A program made the position numbers and the translations under genes. From positions 1-40,000 of the forward strand of contig CAZNXQ010000004.1 in assembly GCA_964576895.1 (NCBI GenBank): a stretch of 40,000 nucleotides of DNA. Direction: 5' to 3'. The DNA comes from an uncultured Desulfovibrio sp. Lineage in GTDB: Bacteria > Desulfobacterota > Desulfovibrionia > Desulfovibrionales > Desulfovibrionaceae. Below are positions 33,412-40,000 of this stretch, in pieces. The stretch's first letter is position 1, and each line of letters opens with the position of its first letter. The notes under the pieces were generated by a model. That model saw nothing but the letters and a program-made list of their open reading frames with translations. It ran no database searches and had not been told where the DNA came from.

Positions 33412-34388
33412 GGCCGGCCCCCGCAGGCGGCAGCCGGGACATCAGGCGCGGGGGGCGCGCCCCGACCGTCCCCCGTGGCGAGGAGACGGCGCGCGGCGGC
33501 CACATCGGCGCCGATCTGGCGGCTGAGCGCCCCGGCATCGGCAAAGCGCCGCTCCCCGCGCAGCCGCGCCACAAATTCCAGGCGCAGCTCCTGGCCGTAG
33601 AAATCTCCCGACGCCTCCAGCAGAAAGCTCTCCACCGTCAGCCGGCCGCCGCCGAAGGTGGGCTTGCAGCCGATATTGGTGACAGCGTCGAAGGTTTGGC
33701 CGCCGCAGCGGGCGCGCGTGGCGTAGACGCCGTTGCCGGGCGGTAGGGTCGTGGCGCCGTCCAGATTGGCCGTGGGAAAGCCCAGGCCCGCGCCGCGCCC
33801 CTCGCCGTGCGCCACCGTGCCGGAAAGCGCATAGGGGCGCCCCAGCAGGCGCTGCGCCAGGGCCACGTCGCCTTCCGCGAGGCAGTGCCTGAGCCGCGTG
33901 GAGCTGACCGGGGCGCCGTCGGCCAGTACCGCCGGCACCTGCTCCACCCCGAAGCCGAGCTCGCGGCCGATGCGCCGCAGCAGGTCGGGATGCCCGCTCC
34001 GGCCCCTGCCCAGGGTGAAATCATGCCCCACCACCAGCTCGCGCGGCGCGAGCGGCAGGAGATATTCGCGCACAAAGGCTTCCGGCGGCAGGGCGGCCAG
34101 TTGGCGGGTGAACGGCAGTTCCAGGATATGCCGGACGCCGAGGTCCTCCAGCAGGGCGAAGCGCTGCTCCCGCGTGCTCAGCGGCGCGTGCGGGCGCTCC
34201 GGCGTGAGCACGGTGCGCGGATGCGGCCGGAAGGTCACCACCACGCAGGCAAGGCCGCTGGCGCGGCAAACGTCGAGCGTGCGCCGGATCAGGGCCTGAT
34301 GGCCCAGATGGACGCCGTCGAAATTGCCGATGGTCACGGCGGAGTTTCCCAGAGAGGCGAAGACGGCGGCGGAATCTGCAATCTGCAT
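33408..34388 (-). CDS. ribF: Bifunctional riboflavin kinase / FMN adenylyltransferase
   Basis: VTIGNFDGVHLGHQALI, VVTFRPHP, a C-terminal kinase domain (GRGAGLGFPTANL.., GVYA.., TNIGCKPTF, ESFLL..DFYGQELRLEF) and the conserved F..L.. motif. Confidence 0.9.
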   Translation of the reverse strand: MQIADSAAVFASLGNSAVTIGNFDGVHLGHQALIRRTLDVCRASGLACVVVTFRPHPRTVLTPERPHAPLSTREQRFALLEDLGVRHILELPFTRQLAALPPEAFVREYLLPLAPRELVVGHDFTLGRGRSGHPDLLRRIGRELGFGVEQVPAVLADGAPVSSTRLRHCLAEGDVALAQRLLGRPYALSGTVAHGEGRGAGLGFPTANLDGATTLPPGNGVYATRARCGGQTFDAVTNIGCKPTFGGGRLTVESFLLEASGDFYGQELRLEFVARLRGERRFADAGALSRQIGADVAAARRLLATGDGRGAPPAPDVPAAACGGRP

Positions 34389-34419
34389 GGCAAGGGCTCA
34401 GGAACGCGGCTTGCGGCCG

Positions 34420-34464
34420 GGGACGCTGGAGCGTTCGCGCGATTTCATCGCCAAACCGCTCTAG
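34420..34464 (+). repeat. Partial, diverged copy C of the structured repeat (terminal hairpin only)
   Basis: GACGCTGGAGCGTTCGCGCGATTTCATCGCCAAACCGCTCTAG aligns to the last ~45 nt of copies A and B at roughly 80% by hand. The hairpin is retained by compensatory changes. The terminal CTAG provides the stop codon of the minus-strand gene 34461-34934. Confidence 0.55.
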
Positions 34465-34934
34465 ATCAGCCTGTCGAAAATGAAACGGTACGTCCCGCGA
34501 ATGTGGAGCGCGAGCTTGAGCGTCAGCGTGCGGCGCGCCTTTTCATCCCGATCGGTAAAGGACGTGAGATGCCGCGCCACTTCGTTGAAATCCGCGTCGC
34601 CCGTGGGCTGGAGCATGCCCCAGTATTGCCGCGCCCGTTCCGCCGCGAGCCTGGCCCCCTTGTCCGGATGCCGCGTCAGATAGCCGTGAAGGAAGGTGGC
34701 GAACATGGCATCCGCGTCGCTGGGGAAGGAGCGGGCGAGCGCAAGGCGCCAGAGCGCCATATGCAGCCCGCGCAGTTCCAGGATCATCTGGCGGCGGCGC
34801 AGGAACTGAAAACGCCCGATGCCCGCGAGCTCCAGCTCGGCCGTGAAATCCGCGTCTTCCAGAAGGGCGGCGAAATTGTCCAGCGCCACCTGGGCAATGC
34901 CGGGTGCATCGTCGAGTTCCGCAAGATTCTGCAT
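34461..34934 (-). CDS. Hypothetical protein (157 aa)
   Basis: The ORF has coding-like composition and an ATG at 34934 preceded by GGAG. I recognise no family. Confidence 0.5.
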   Translation of the reverse strand: MQNLAELDDAPGIAQVALDNFAALLEDADFTAELELAGIGRFQFLRRRQMILELRGLHMALWRLALARSFPSDADAMFATFLHGYLTRHPDKGARLAAERARQYWGMLQPTGDADFNEVARHLTSFTDRDEKARRTLTLKLALHIRGTYRFIFDRLI

Positions 34935-35039
34935 GGCGCTCCGTCCGATTAACAACTGGCGGGATCCTGAAGAAATGCCCGGAGTCCCGCGCGAGTTTCG
35001 GCGGCACGGGTGCCGCCGTTCCCACCTGCGGGAGTGTGG

Positions 35040-36761
35040 TCAGTCTTCGCCGGCGTCGGGCGTGGCCGCGCCGCTGGGTGCGCCGCCATGGCCTTCGCCG
35101 TTCCTGCGGCCCCTGGAACGGCGCCGCCGCTTGCGCGCGGGCCGTTCCCCTGCGTCGGTCCCTGCCGTTGCTTCCGCGGCCTCCGCGGGGCCGGATGCGG
35201 GCGCTTCGGCGCGGGCGCCGCGCCTCCCGCGGGAGCGGCCCCCCCTGCCGCCGCCGCGCCCTCCGGACGCCCTGCCGCCCTCCGGCGCGGGCCCGGCTTC
35301 CGGGAAAAAGCGGCCTTCGCGCAGGCGTTCCTGGTGGCAGGCATCCAGAAGCATGGCGAGCAGGAGCAGGTTGTCATTTTCCTCGCCCTCGGCCTGACCG
35401 GGGGTGGGCTCCTGGCGGGCAAGGTCGCGCGCGAGGTCGGCATAGCGCGCCACGCGCATGCGCTCAAGGCCGGTCAGGCCGCGGTAGCGCGCTTCGAGAA
35501 CGGCCATGAGGCGCGCGGAGGCGGCCTGCGCCACATCGGCGTCCGTGGGCGCGGCAAGCTCGATGAGATTGATCTTGTAATGCCGGGCGATGCGCTCCAG
35601 TTCCATGCGCTGCATGACGTCCACCAGGGAAATGACCGTCCCCGCCGAACCCGCGCGGCCGGTGCGCCCGGCGCGGTGGATGTAGCTTTCGTGGTCTTCC
35701 GGCGGTTCATAGAGAAACACATGGGAAAGGGCCGGGATGTCGATGCCGCGCGCGGCAACGTCCGTGGCCACGAGGTACTGGAGCGTGCCCTGGCGCACCT
35801 TTTCCAGCACGGCCTCGCGCCTGCTCTGGGTGAGGTCGGCCGAAAGGCCGTCCGCGCTGTAGCCGAAGCCCTGGAGCACGCCCGCCACATAGTGAACGTT
35901 GGCCTTGGTATTGCAGAAAATGATGGCCGAGGCCGGGTTTTCCGTCTCCAGCAGGCGCACGAGGGCGCGGTCCTTGTCCATGGGCTTGACTTCGCAGAAG
36001 AGGTGCTGCACCTCGGCCACATGGACTTCCCTGCGGGAGAGGGAGAGCATGTCCGGCTCGGTCATGAATTCCGCCGCGAGCCGCAGCACATGAGGCGGAT
36101 AGGTGGCCGAGAAAAGGCAGGTGTGGCGCCGGGCGGGCAGGTAGCGCTGGATCTCCTTCATGTCCGGATAAAAGCCGATGGAGAGCATGCGGTCCGCCTC
36201 GTCGAAAACGAGCAGGCGCACCTGGCCGAGATCAAGGGTATGCCGGAGCAGATGGTCGAGCACGCGCCCCGGCGTGCCCACGATGACCTGGACCCCGGCG
36301 CGCAGGGCGTCCATCTGCTTTTTGTAGCCCACGCCGCCATAGATGGCGCAGACGTCGATGCCGGTCCCGGAGAAAAGGGTGGCCGCCTCGCGTTCCACCT
36401 GCAGGGCGAGCTCGCGCGTGGGCGCCAGCACCAGGGCCTGCGGCGCCTTGAGCTCCGGGGACAGGGCGGCGAGCATGGGCAGAAGATAGCAGCCTGTCTT
36501 GCCGCTGCCTGTGCGCGACTGCACCATGATGTCGCGCCCGGCGAGCAGATAGGGCAGGGCCAGGGACTGGACGGGCATGAGCTGTTGCCAGCCGGCCCGC
36601 GCGCAGGCGGCCTGAAGGGCGGGCGCAAGCCCGGCGAGCGTCACGCCGGGGAGCGAGTTTTCCGGTTCGCTGACGGAAACGCCCGCGAGCTCGTCATGCG
36701 CGGCGGGCGCGCTCCCGGCGGGCACCTCCTCCGGGGGCAGGGAAGACGGGGAATCCGGCAT
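35040..36761 (-). CDS. DEAD-box ATP-dependent RNA helicase with Arg/Gly-rich C-terminal tail
   Basis: Q-motif region (..[10 protein letters not shown]), motif I (SRTGSGKTG), PTRELA, DEAD (FDEADRML), SAT and [10 protein letters not shown]. The C-terminal tail is [31 protein letters not shown]. The first ATG is at 36761. Confidence 0.9.
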   Translation of the reverse strand: MPDSPSSLPPEEVPAGSAPAAHDELAGVSVSEPENSLPGVTLAGLAPALQAACARAGWQQLMPVQSLALPYLLAGRDIMVQSRTGSGKTGCYLLPMLAALSPELKAPQALVLAPTRELALQVEREAATLFSGTGIDVCAIYGGVGYKKQMDALRAGVQVIVGTPGRVLDHLLRHTLDLGQVRLLVFDEADRMLSIGFYPDMKEIQRYLPARRHTCLFSATYPPHVLRLAAEFMTEPDMLSLSRREVHVAEVQHLFCEVKPMDKDRALVRLLETENPASAIIFCNTKANVHYVAGVLQGFGYSADGLSADLTQSRREAVLEKVRQGTLQYLVATDVAARGIDIPALSHVFLYEPPEDHESYIHRAGRTGRAGSAGTVISLVDVMQRMELERIARHYKINLIELAAPTDADVAQAASARLMAVLEARYRGLTGLERMRVARYADLARDLARQEPTPGQAEGEENDNLLLLAMLLDACHQERLREGRFFPEAGPAPEGGRASGGRGGGRGGRSRGRRGARAEAPASGPAEAAEATAGTDAGERPARKRRRRSRGRRNGEGHGGAPSGAATPDAGED

Positions 36762-36805
36762 ACAACGACCTTTACGCGCAGGGCGCGCCAAAATCGGGAA
36801 GAACG

Positions 36806-36938
36806 CTAGAGCATTTGGCTGATGAACATATCTGTCTCACAGATATTTTCATCAGGTTTCGCCGCCTCATTACGGCGCGGGCGTCCGCTCCCGCGTCCGC
36901 CAGAGCGTTCACGCAATTTCATTGCGAAAACGCTCTAG
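36806..36938 (+). repeat. Intact copy B of the structured ~130-bp intergenic repeat
   Basis: Termini are CTAGAGCATTT .. AAAACGCTCTAG (imperfect terminal inverted repeats). Internal hairpin: GATGAAcATATCTGT-ctc-ACAGATATtTTCATC. Terminal hairpin: AGAGCGTT-ca-CGCAAT-ttc-ATTGCG-aa-AACGCTCT. It lies between the divergent helicase and hisI genes. Confidence 0.7.
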
Positions 36939-37111
36939 GGCGGCGGCTTCCTCGGACTGTGTGGGCTGCACCCTACGCCATTCCCGCCGGTTTCGCAAGG
37001 CGCCGGGCGGGGAAATGCGGCTTGCCCGTCGCGGGGAATGCGCTTAGAACAGGGGGCGGTGCGCGGGCGCGCATTCCGGCGCAAAGAATTTCGCGGCCTG
37101 GAGGAGGGAAC

Positions 37112-37588
37112 ATGGGCAAGGGGCACGAGACGGCGGCCACAACGGGCACGGGGGCGCGGGCGCTCCCCGGCGCGGAGTTCGCCCCGGCGTTCGGGGGCGG
37201 CCTGCTTCCGGCAGTGGTGCAGGACGCCGCCAGCGGCGAGGTGCTCATGCTCGCCTGGATGAACGAGGAGGCGTGGCGCAGGACGCTGGAGAGCGGGGAA
37301 GCCCATTTCTGGAGCCGCAGCCGCCGCGAGCTCTGGCACAAGGGCGCCACATCGGGGCATGTGCAGCGCGTGCGCGCCGTGCGCCTTGATTGCGACAGCG
37401 ACGCCATTCTTCTGCTTGTGGAACAGGCGGGCGGCGCGGCCTGCCATACCGGGCACCGCACCTGCTTTTTCCGGGAATGGCGCGAGGGCGCGCTTGCCGT
37501 GTGCGCCCCCATGGTTTTTGACCCTGCGGCCGTCTATGGCGCGGCCGCCGCATCCGGCCCCAACCCCAGTCAAGGGAGCGACGCATGA
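37112..37588 (+). CDS. hisI: Phosphoribosyl-AMP cyclohydrolase
   Basis: [24 protein letters not shown].., FWSRSR.ELWHKG.TSGH.Q.V..V.LDCD.D.ILL.V.Q.G.ACHTG..CFF. GGAGGAGGG precedes the ATG at 37112. The ORF-track start at 36815 lies in the repeat and was rejected. Confidence 0.85.
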   Translation: MGKGHETAATTGTGARALPGAEFAPAFGGGLLPAVVQDAASGEVLMLAWMNEEAWRRTLESGEAHFWSRSRRELWHKGATSGHVQRVRAVRLDCDSDAILLLVEQAGGAACHTGHRTCFFREWREGALAVCAPMVFDPAAVYGAAAASGPNPSQGSDA

Positions 37589-38478
37589 GCGCCCAGAATC
37601 GTCCCATCCTCAAGCTCGGCGTGCCCAAGGGCTCGCTTGAGGACGCCACCATCCACCTGTTTGAACGCGCCGGCTGGAAGATCCGCAAGCATGCGCGCAA
37701 CTATTTTCCGGAAATCAACGATCCTGAGCTTTCGGCCTCGCTCTGCCGCGTGCAGGAGATCGGCGGCTATGTGGCCGCCGGTGTTCTGGATGTGGGCATT
37801 ACCGGGCTGGACTGGCTGGGCGAGCGCGGTCATGAGGGGGCCGTGGTGCGCGTGGCCGATCTCGTCTATTCCAAGACCTCGTCGCGGCCCTGCCGCTGGG
37901 TGCTGGCCGTGGCCGGGGATGCGCCCTACACCTGCGCGGCCGACCTGGCGGGCAGGCGCGTGGCCACGGAACTGGAAGGGCTCACCCGGCGCTATTTCGC
38001 CAGCAAGGGCGTGAACGCCGAGATCTTCTATTCCTACGGCGCCACCGAGGCCAAGGTGGTGGAAGGGCTGGCGGACGGCATCGTGGAGGTGACGGAAACC
38101 GGGACCACCATCCGCGCCCACGGGCTCAAAATCATTGACGAGGTCATGATTTCGTATCCGGTGCTCATCGCCAACAGGGAGGCCTGGGCCGATGCGCGTA
38201 AGCGCGCCAAGATCGACCAGATCACGCTCCTGCTCCAGGGCGCCCTGCGCGCCGAAAACCTCGTGGCGCTCAAGATGAACGCGCCCGCCGACCGCCTGGA
38301 TGCCATTCTGGAAATGCTGCCCTCGCTCAACTCGCCCACGGTTTCGCCGTTGCGCGACACGGCGTGGCTTTCGCTGGAAACCGTGGTGGAGGTGGGCATC
38401 GTGCGCGACCTCATCCCGCGCCTGCGGGCCGCCGGGGCCGAAGGCATCATCGAGTACGCGCTGAACAAGGTGATCTGA
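37585..38478 (+). CDS. hisG: ATP phosphoribosyltransferase (long form)
   Basis: [22 protein letters not shown].., [32 protein letters not shown], and the C-terminal regulatory domain. ATGA overlap with hisI. Confidence 0.9.
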   Translation: MSAQNRPILKLGVPKGSLEDATIHLFERAGWKIRKHARNYFPEINDPELSASLCRVQEIGGYVAAGVLDVGITGLDWLGERGHEGAVVRVADLVYSKTSSRPCRWVLAVAGDAPYTCAADLAGRRVATELEGLTRRYFASKGVNAEIFYSYGATEAKVVEGLADGIVEVTETGTTIRAHGLKIIDEVMISYPVLIANREAWADARKRAKIDQITLLLQGALRAENLVALKMNAPADRLDAILEMLPSLNSPTVSPLRDTAWLSLETVVEVGIVRDLIPRLRAAGAEGIIEYALNKVI

Positions 38479-38607
38479 GGAGGCTCCCGTTGCCTGCGGT
38501 TTTGCCGGAATGGGGCCTGCGGCTGCCGGACGGCCAGCCCTCCTGGGGAAGATTGCGGGAATGCCGCTCGCCATGCCGTCACGGCCGTAGGCCACGGGCG
38601 CGGAAGC

Positions 38608-39417
38608 TCAGGACAGGAACGCCTGGACTTCCTGCCGGTTGCGCCAATAGGGCAGGGCGGCAGGGAACGTCTCCCGCCAAGGTTTGCGCCAGGAATAATG
38701 GAGGAGTTTTCCGCGAAGCGCCGTTTCGCCGAGGAGGAGGCGCCTGCCGTATTCCATCTGGAAATTCGCCTTTGCGGATAACGTGCCGGCGAGCCCGGAA
38801 ATCCCGAACTGAAAATTGAGGGCGTCCTGGTCCGGAAACTGCAATTCCGGCCTTGCCCTGAGAATCGAAAGAACAGTCCTGGGAAAATCGGGAAACAGCC
38901 TGTTCACCTCGGCATTCCTGAAAACCAGCACGCCGGAGTTGAAATAGCCGTCATATTCCCCAAAGACCGCCCTGATGTAGTCCCGAAAGCGCGGGCGATG
39001 CACCGGGGCGGTGTCCCGGACGGCCCAGAGCGGAGGCCCGTCCCCCCTTGACAGCGCTTCCGAAAAAAGGGGAGCGGCGTCCCCCGTGGCGATGATGTCG
39101 CTATCCAGGTAGATCACGTTTTCTTGCGGCAAAAGTTGCGGCAGCAACAGGCGGAACAGGCAGCCCTTGCTGAAGCGCTGGAGCGTGGGGATCTCCGGGA
39201 ATCCGGCGGCTTCTTTTGCTATATTGTGGAATACGGCTTCGCCGCCCGAATGGGCGGCCACGTTTTGAAACGCGTTCTGCTCTCCGGCGCCGAGCGTGCC
39301 GTCGTGCAGGATGTGCGCCACAACAGGCGCGCTGGAGTTTTTCATCAGCGAGCGCATGGACGCGAGGCTGTGGAGATAATAGCCGTTCCTGTTGTGGATA
39401 CCGTAAGCGATGTGCAT
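38608..39417 (-). CDS. Glycosyltransferase family 8-like protein
   Basis: MHIAYGIHNRNGYYLH.., VIYLDSDII (DxD), YFNSGVLVF, PDQDALN and LHYS..KPW resemble LPS/lipooligosaccharide GT8 enzymes. ATG at 39417; the longer ORF-track N-terminus is Ala/Arg/Pro-rich and was rejected. Confidence 0.75.
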   Translation of the reverse strand: MHIAYGIHNRNGYYLHSLASMRSLMKNSSAPVVAHILHDGTLGAGEQNAFQNVAAHSGGEAVFHNIAKEAAGFPEIPTLQRFSKGCLFRLLLPQLLPQENVIYLDSDIIATGDAAPLFSEALSRGDGPPLWAVRDTAPVHRPRFRDYIRAVFGEYDGYFNSGVLVFRNAEVNRLFPDFPRTVLSILRARPELQFPDQDALNFQFGISGLAGTLSAKANFQMEYGRRLLLGETALRGKLLHYSWRKPWRETFPAALPYWRNRQEVQAFLS

Positions 39418-39487
39418 GGGGGCGGCGTCCTTCTGGGGAAGCACTGTCGCCGCCCTGGAGCGGGAGAGGGAGGGCGGCCCGCGGCGC

Positions 39488-40000
39488 TTACTCTTCCCGG
39501 CTTTCCGGTTTGCGCTTGAGCAGTTCTTCCAGCTCGGCCGCGGCGCTCTCGCCGTCCATGCCCTGGCGGGCCGCAAGCTCCGGCAGATTCTCCGTGGCAT
39601 CGCACGAGCGGACGTAGGCCGGTTCGATGTCGCGCGGGAAGTAGTCGCCATGCCGGGCCAGCAGGGCCAGGGCCCCGGCGTCGGGGTCCACAAGTTCGGG
39701 CATGACCACGGCATCCGGCGCGCCCGCCGGGCCCCTGCCCGTGGCTTCCGGCTCAAAGAGGCGGCCATTGCGGGCGAGGCCGCTGCCGCAGACGTGGCAG
39801 GGCTGTTCGCCCATGAGGCGCAGGGCTTCCGCCGGGGGGATGAGGCGCACGGGTTCCAGCGGCTGCGCCGGGATCTGCGGGCCATAGGAGCAAAAGGGCC
39901 GGTAGTGGACAAGGTTGCGCCGGGCATGGGTGATGACCATGACCGGCGCCGGATAGAGCAGGCCCCGGCGCATGACGGCGCTGGTGGCCAGCGCCTGGAG
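39488..40000 (-). CDS. Partial CDS (N-terminus beyond the window), possibly the TsaB/YeaZ-like t6A accessory protein
   Basis: The frame stays open to position 40000 (..LQALATSAVMRRGLLYPAPVMV..). The C-terminal ..IEPAYVRSCDATENL resembles the P.Y.R.S.AE ending of TsaB proteins. This is weak, memory-based evidence. Confidence 0.35.
   Translation of the reverse strand, partial: LQALATSAVMRRGLLYPAPVMVITHARRNLVHYRPFCSYGPQIPAQPLEPVRLIPPAEALRLMGEQPCHVCGSGLARNGRLFEPEATGRGPAGAPDAVVMPELVDPDAGALALLARHGDYFPRDIEPAYVRSCDATENLPELAARQGMDGESAAAELEELLKRKPESREE

Noticed and set aside
1-40000. CRISPR arrays, rRNA genes, tandem-repeat arrays and insertion-sequence transposases.
   Set aside because: Reading both strands, I noticed no regularly spaced direct repeats of 24-40 bp, no rRNA-like conserved blocks and no transposase-like ORF. 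Only the dispersed structured repeat and the island-associated repeats reported above were found.

Overview
This is a high-G+C chromosomal segment. I infer an anaerobic, Desulfovibrio-like (Desulfovibrionaceae) sulfate reducer from gene content (an hdrCBA-flxDCBA-type operon), codon bias and the many GC-driven antisense shadow ORFs. No database search was possible.

Core backbone, 1-22.3 kb:
- argD, dut, aroE, aroQ
- a seven-function Flx-Hdr electron-bifurcation-type operon (hdrC-hdrB-hdrA, a fused flxD/C, flxB, flxA)
- a small acidic ORF and tyrS
- a eukaryote-like 6-phosphofructo-2-kinase/fructose-2,6-bisphosphatase homologue
- a BmrR-like MerR regulator divergent from an RND efflux pair (MFP + RND, no outer-membrane factor)
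- a hemerythrin gene followed by a PAS-GGDEF diguanylate cyclase

Accessory region, about 22.3-31.6 kb: visibly lower G+C. I read it as a ~9.3-kb integrative, formerly mobilizable island bounded by a 9-bp direct repeat (GCGATTGAA). It is inserted into the hairpin of a repeated intergenic element, not next to a tRNA. It carries:
- a P4-type integrase and a degenerate AlpA-like remnant
- a DUF533/TerB-like membrane protein
- a DUF5320 / DUF134 / 2x[4Fe-4S] ferredoxin / CxxCP membrane Fe-S gene set
- an 823-aa, 11-heme c-type cytochrome with a signal peptide and a C-terminal membrane anchor
- an orphan mobC

Backbone, 31.6-40 kb: ykgJ-like, PHP phosphatase, ribF, a hypothetical gene, a DEAD-box helicase, hisI, hisG, a GT8 glycosyltransferase and a partial TsaB-like gene.

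The most interesting signals are:
1. the island and its non-tRNA hairpin target;
2. a structured ~130-bp repeat family (3 copies) with compensatory stem changes;
3. the island's redox cargo, which fits none of the characterised Desulfovibrio cytochrome complexes by heme count or architecture.

No CRISPR array, rRNA or tRNA was recognised.
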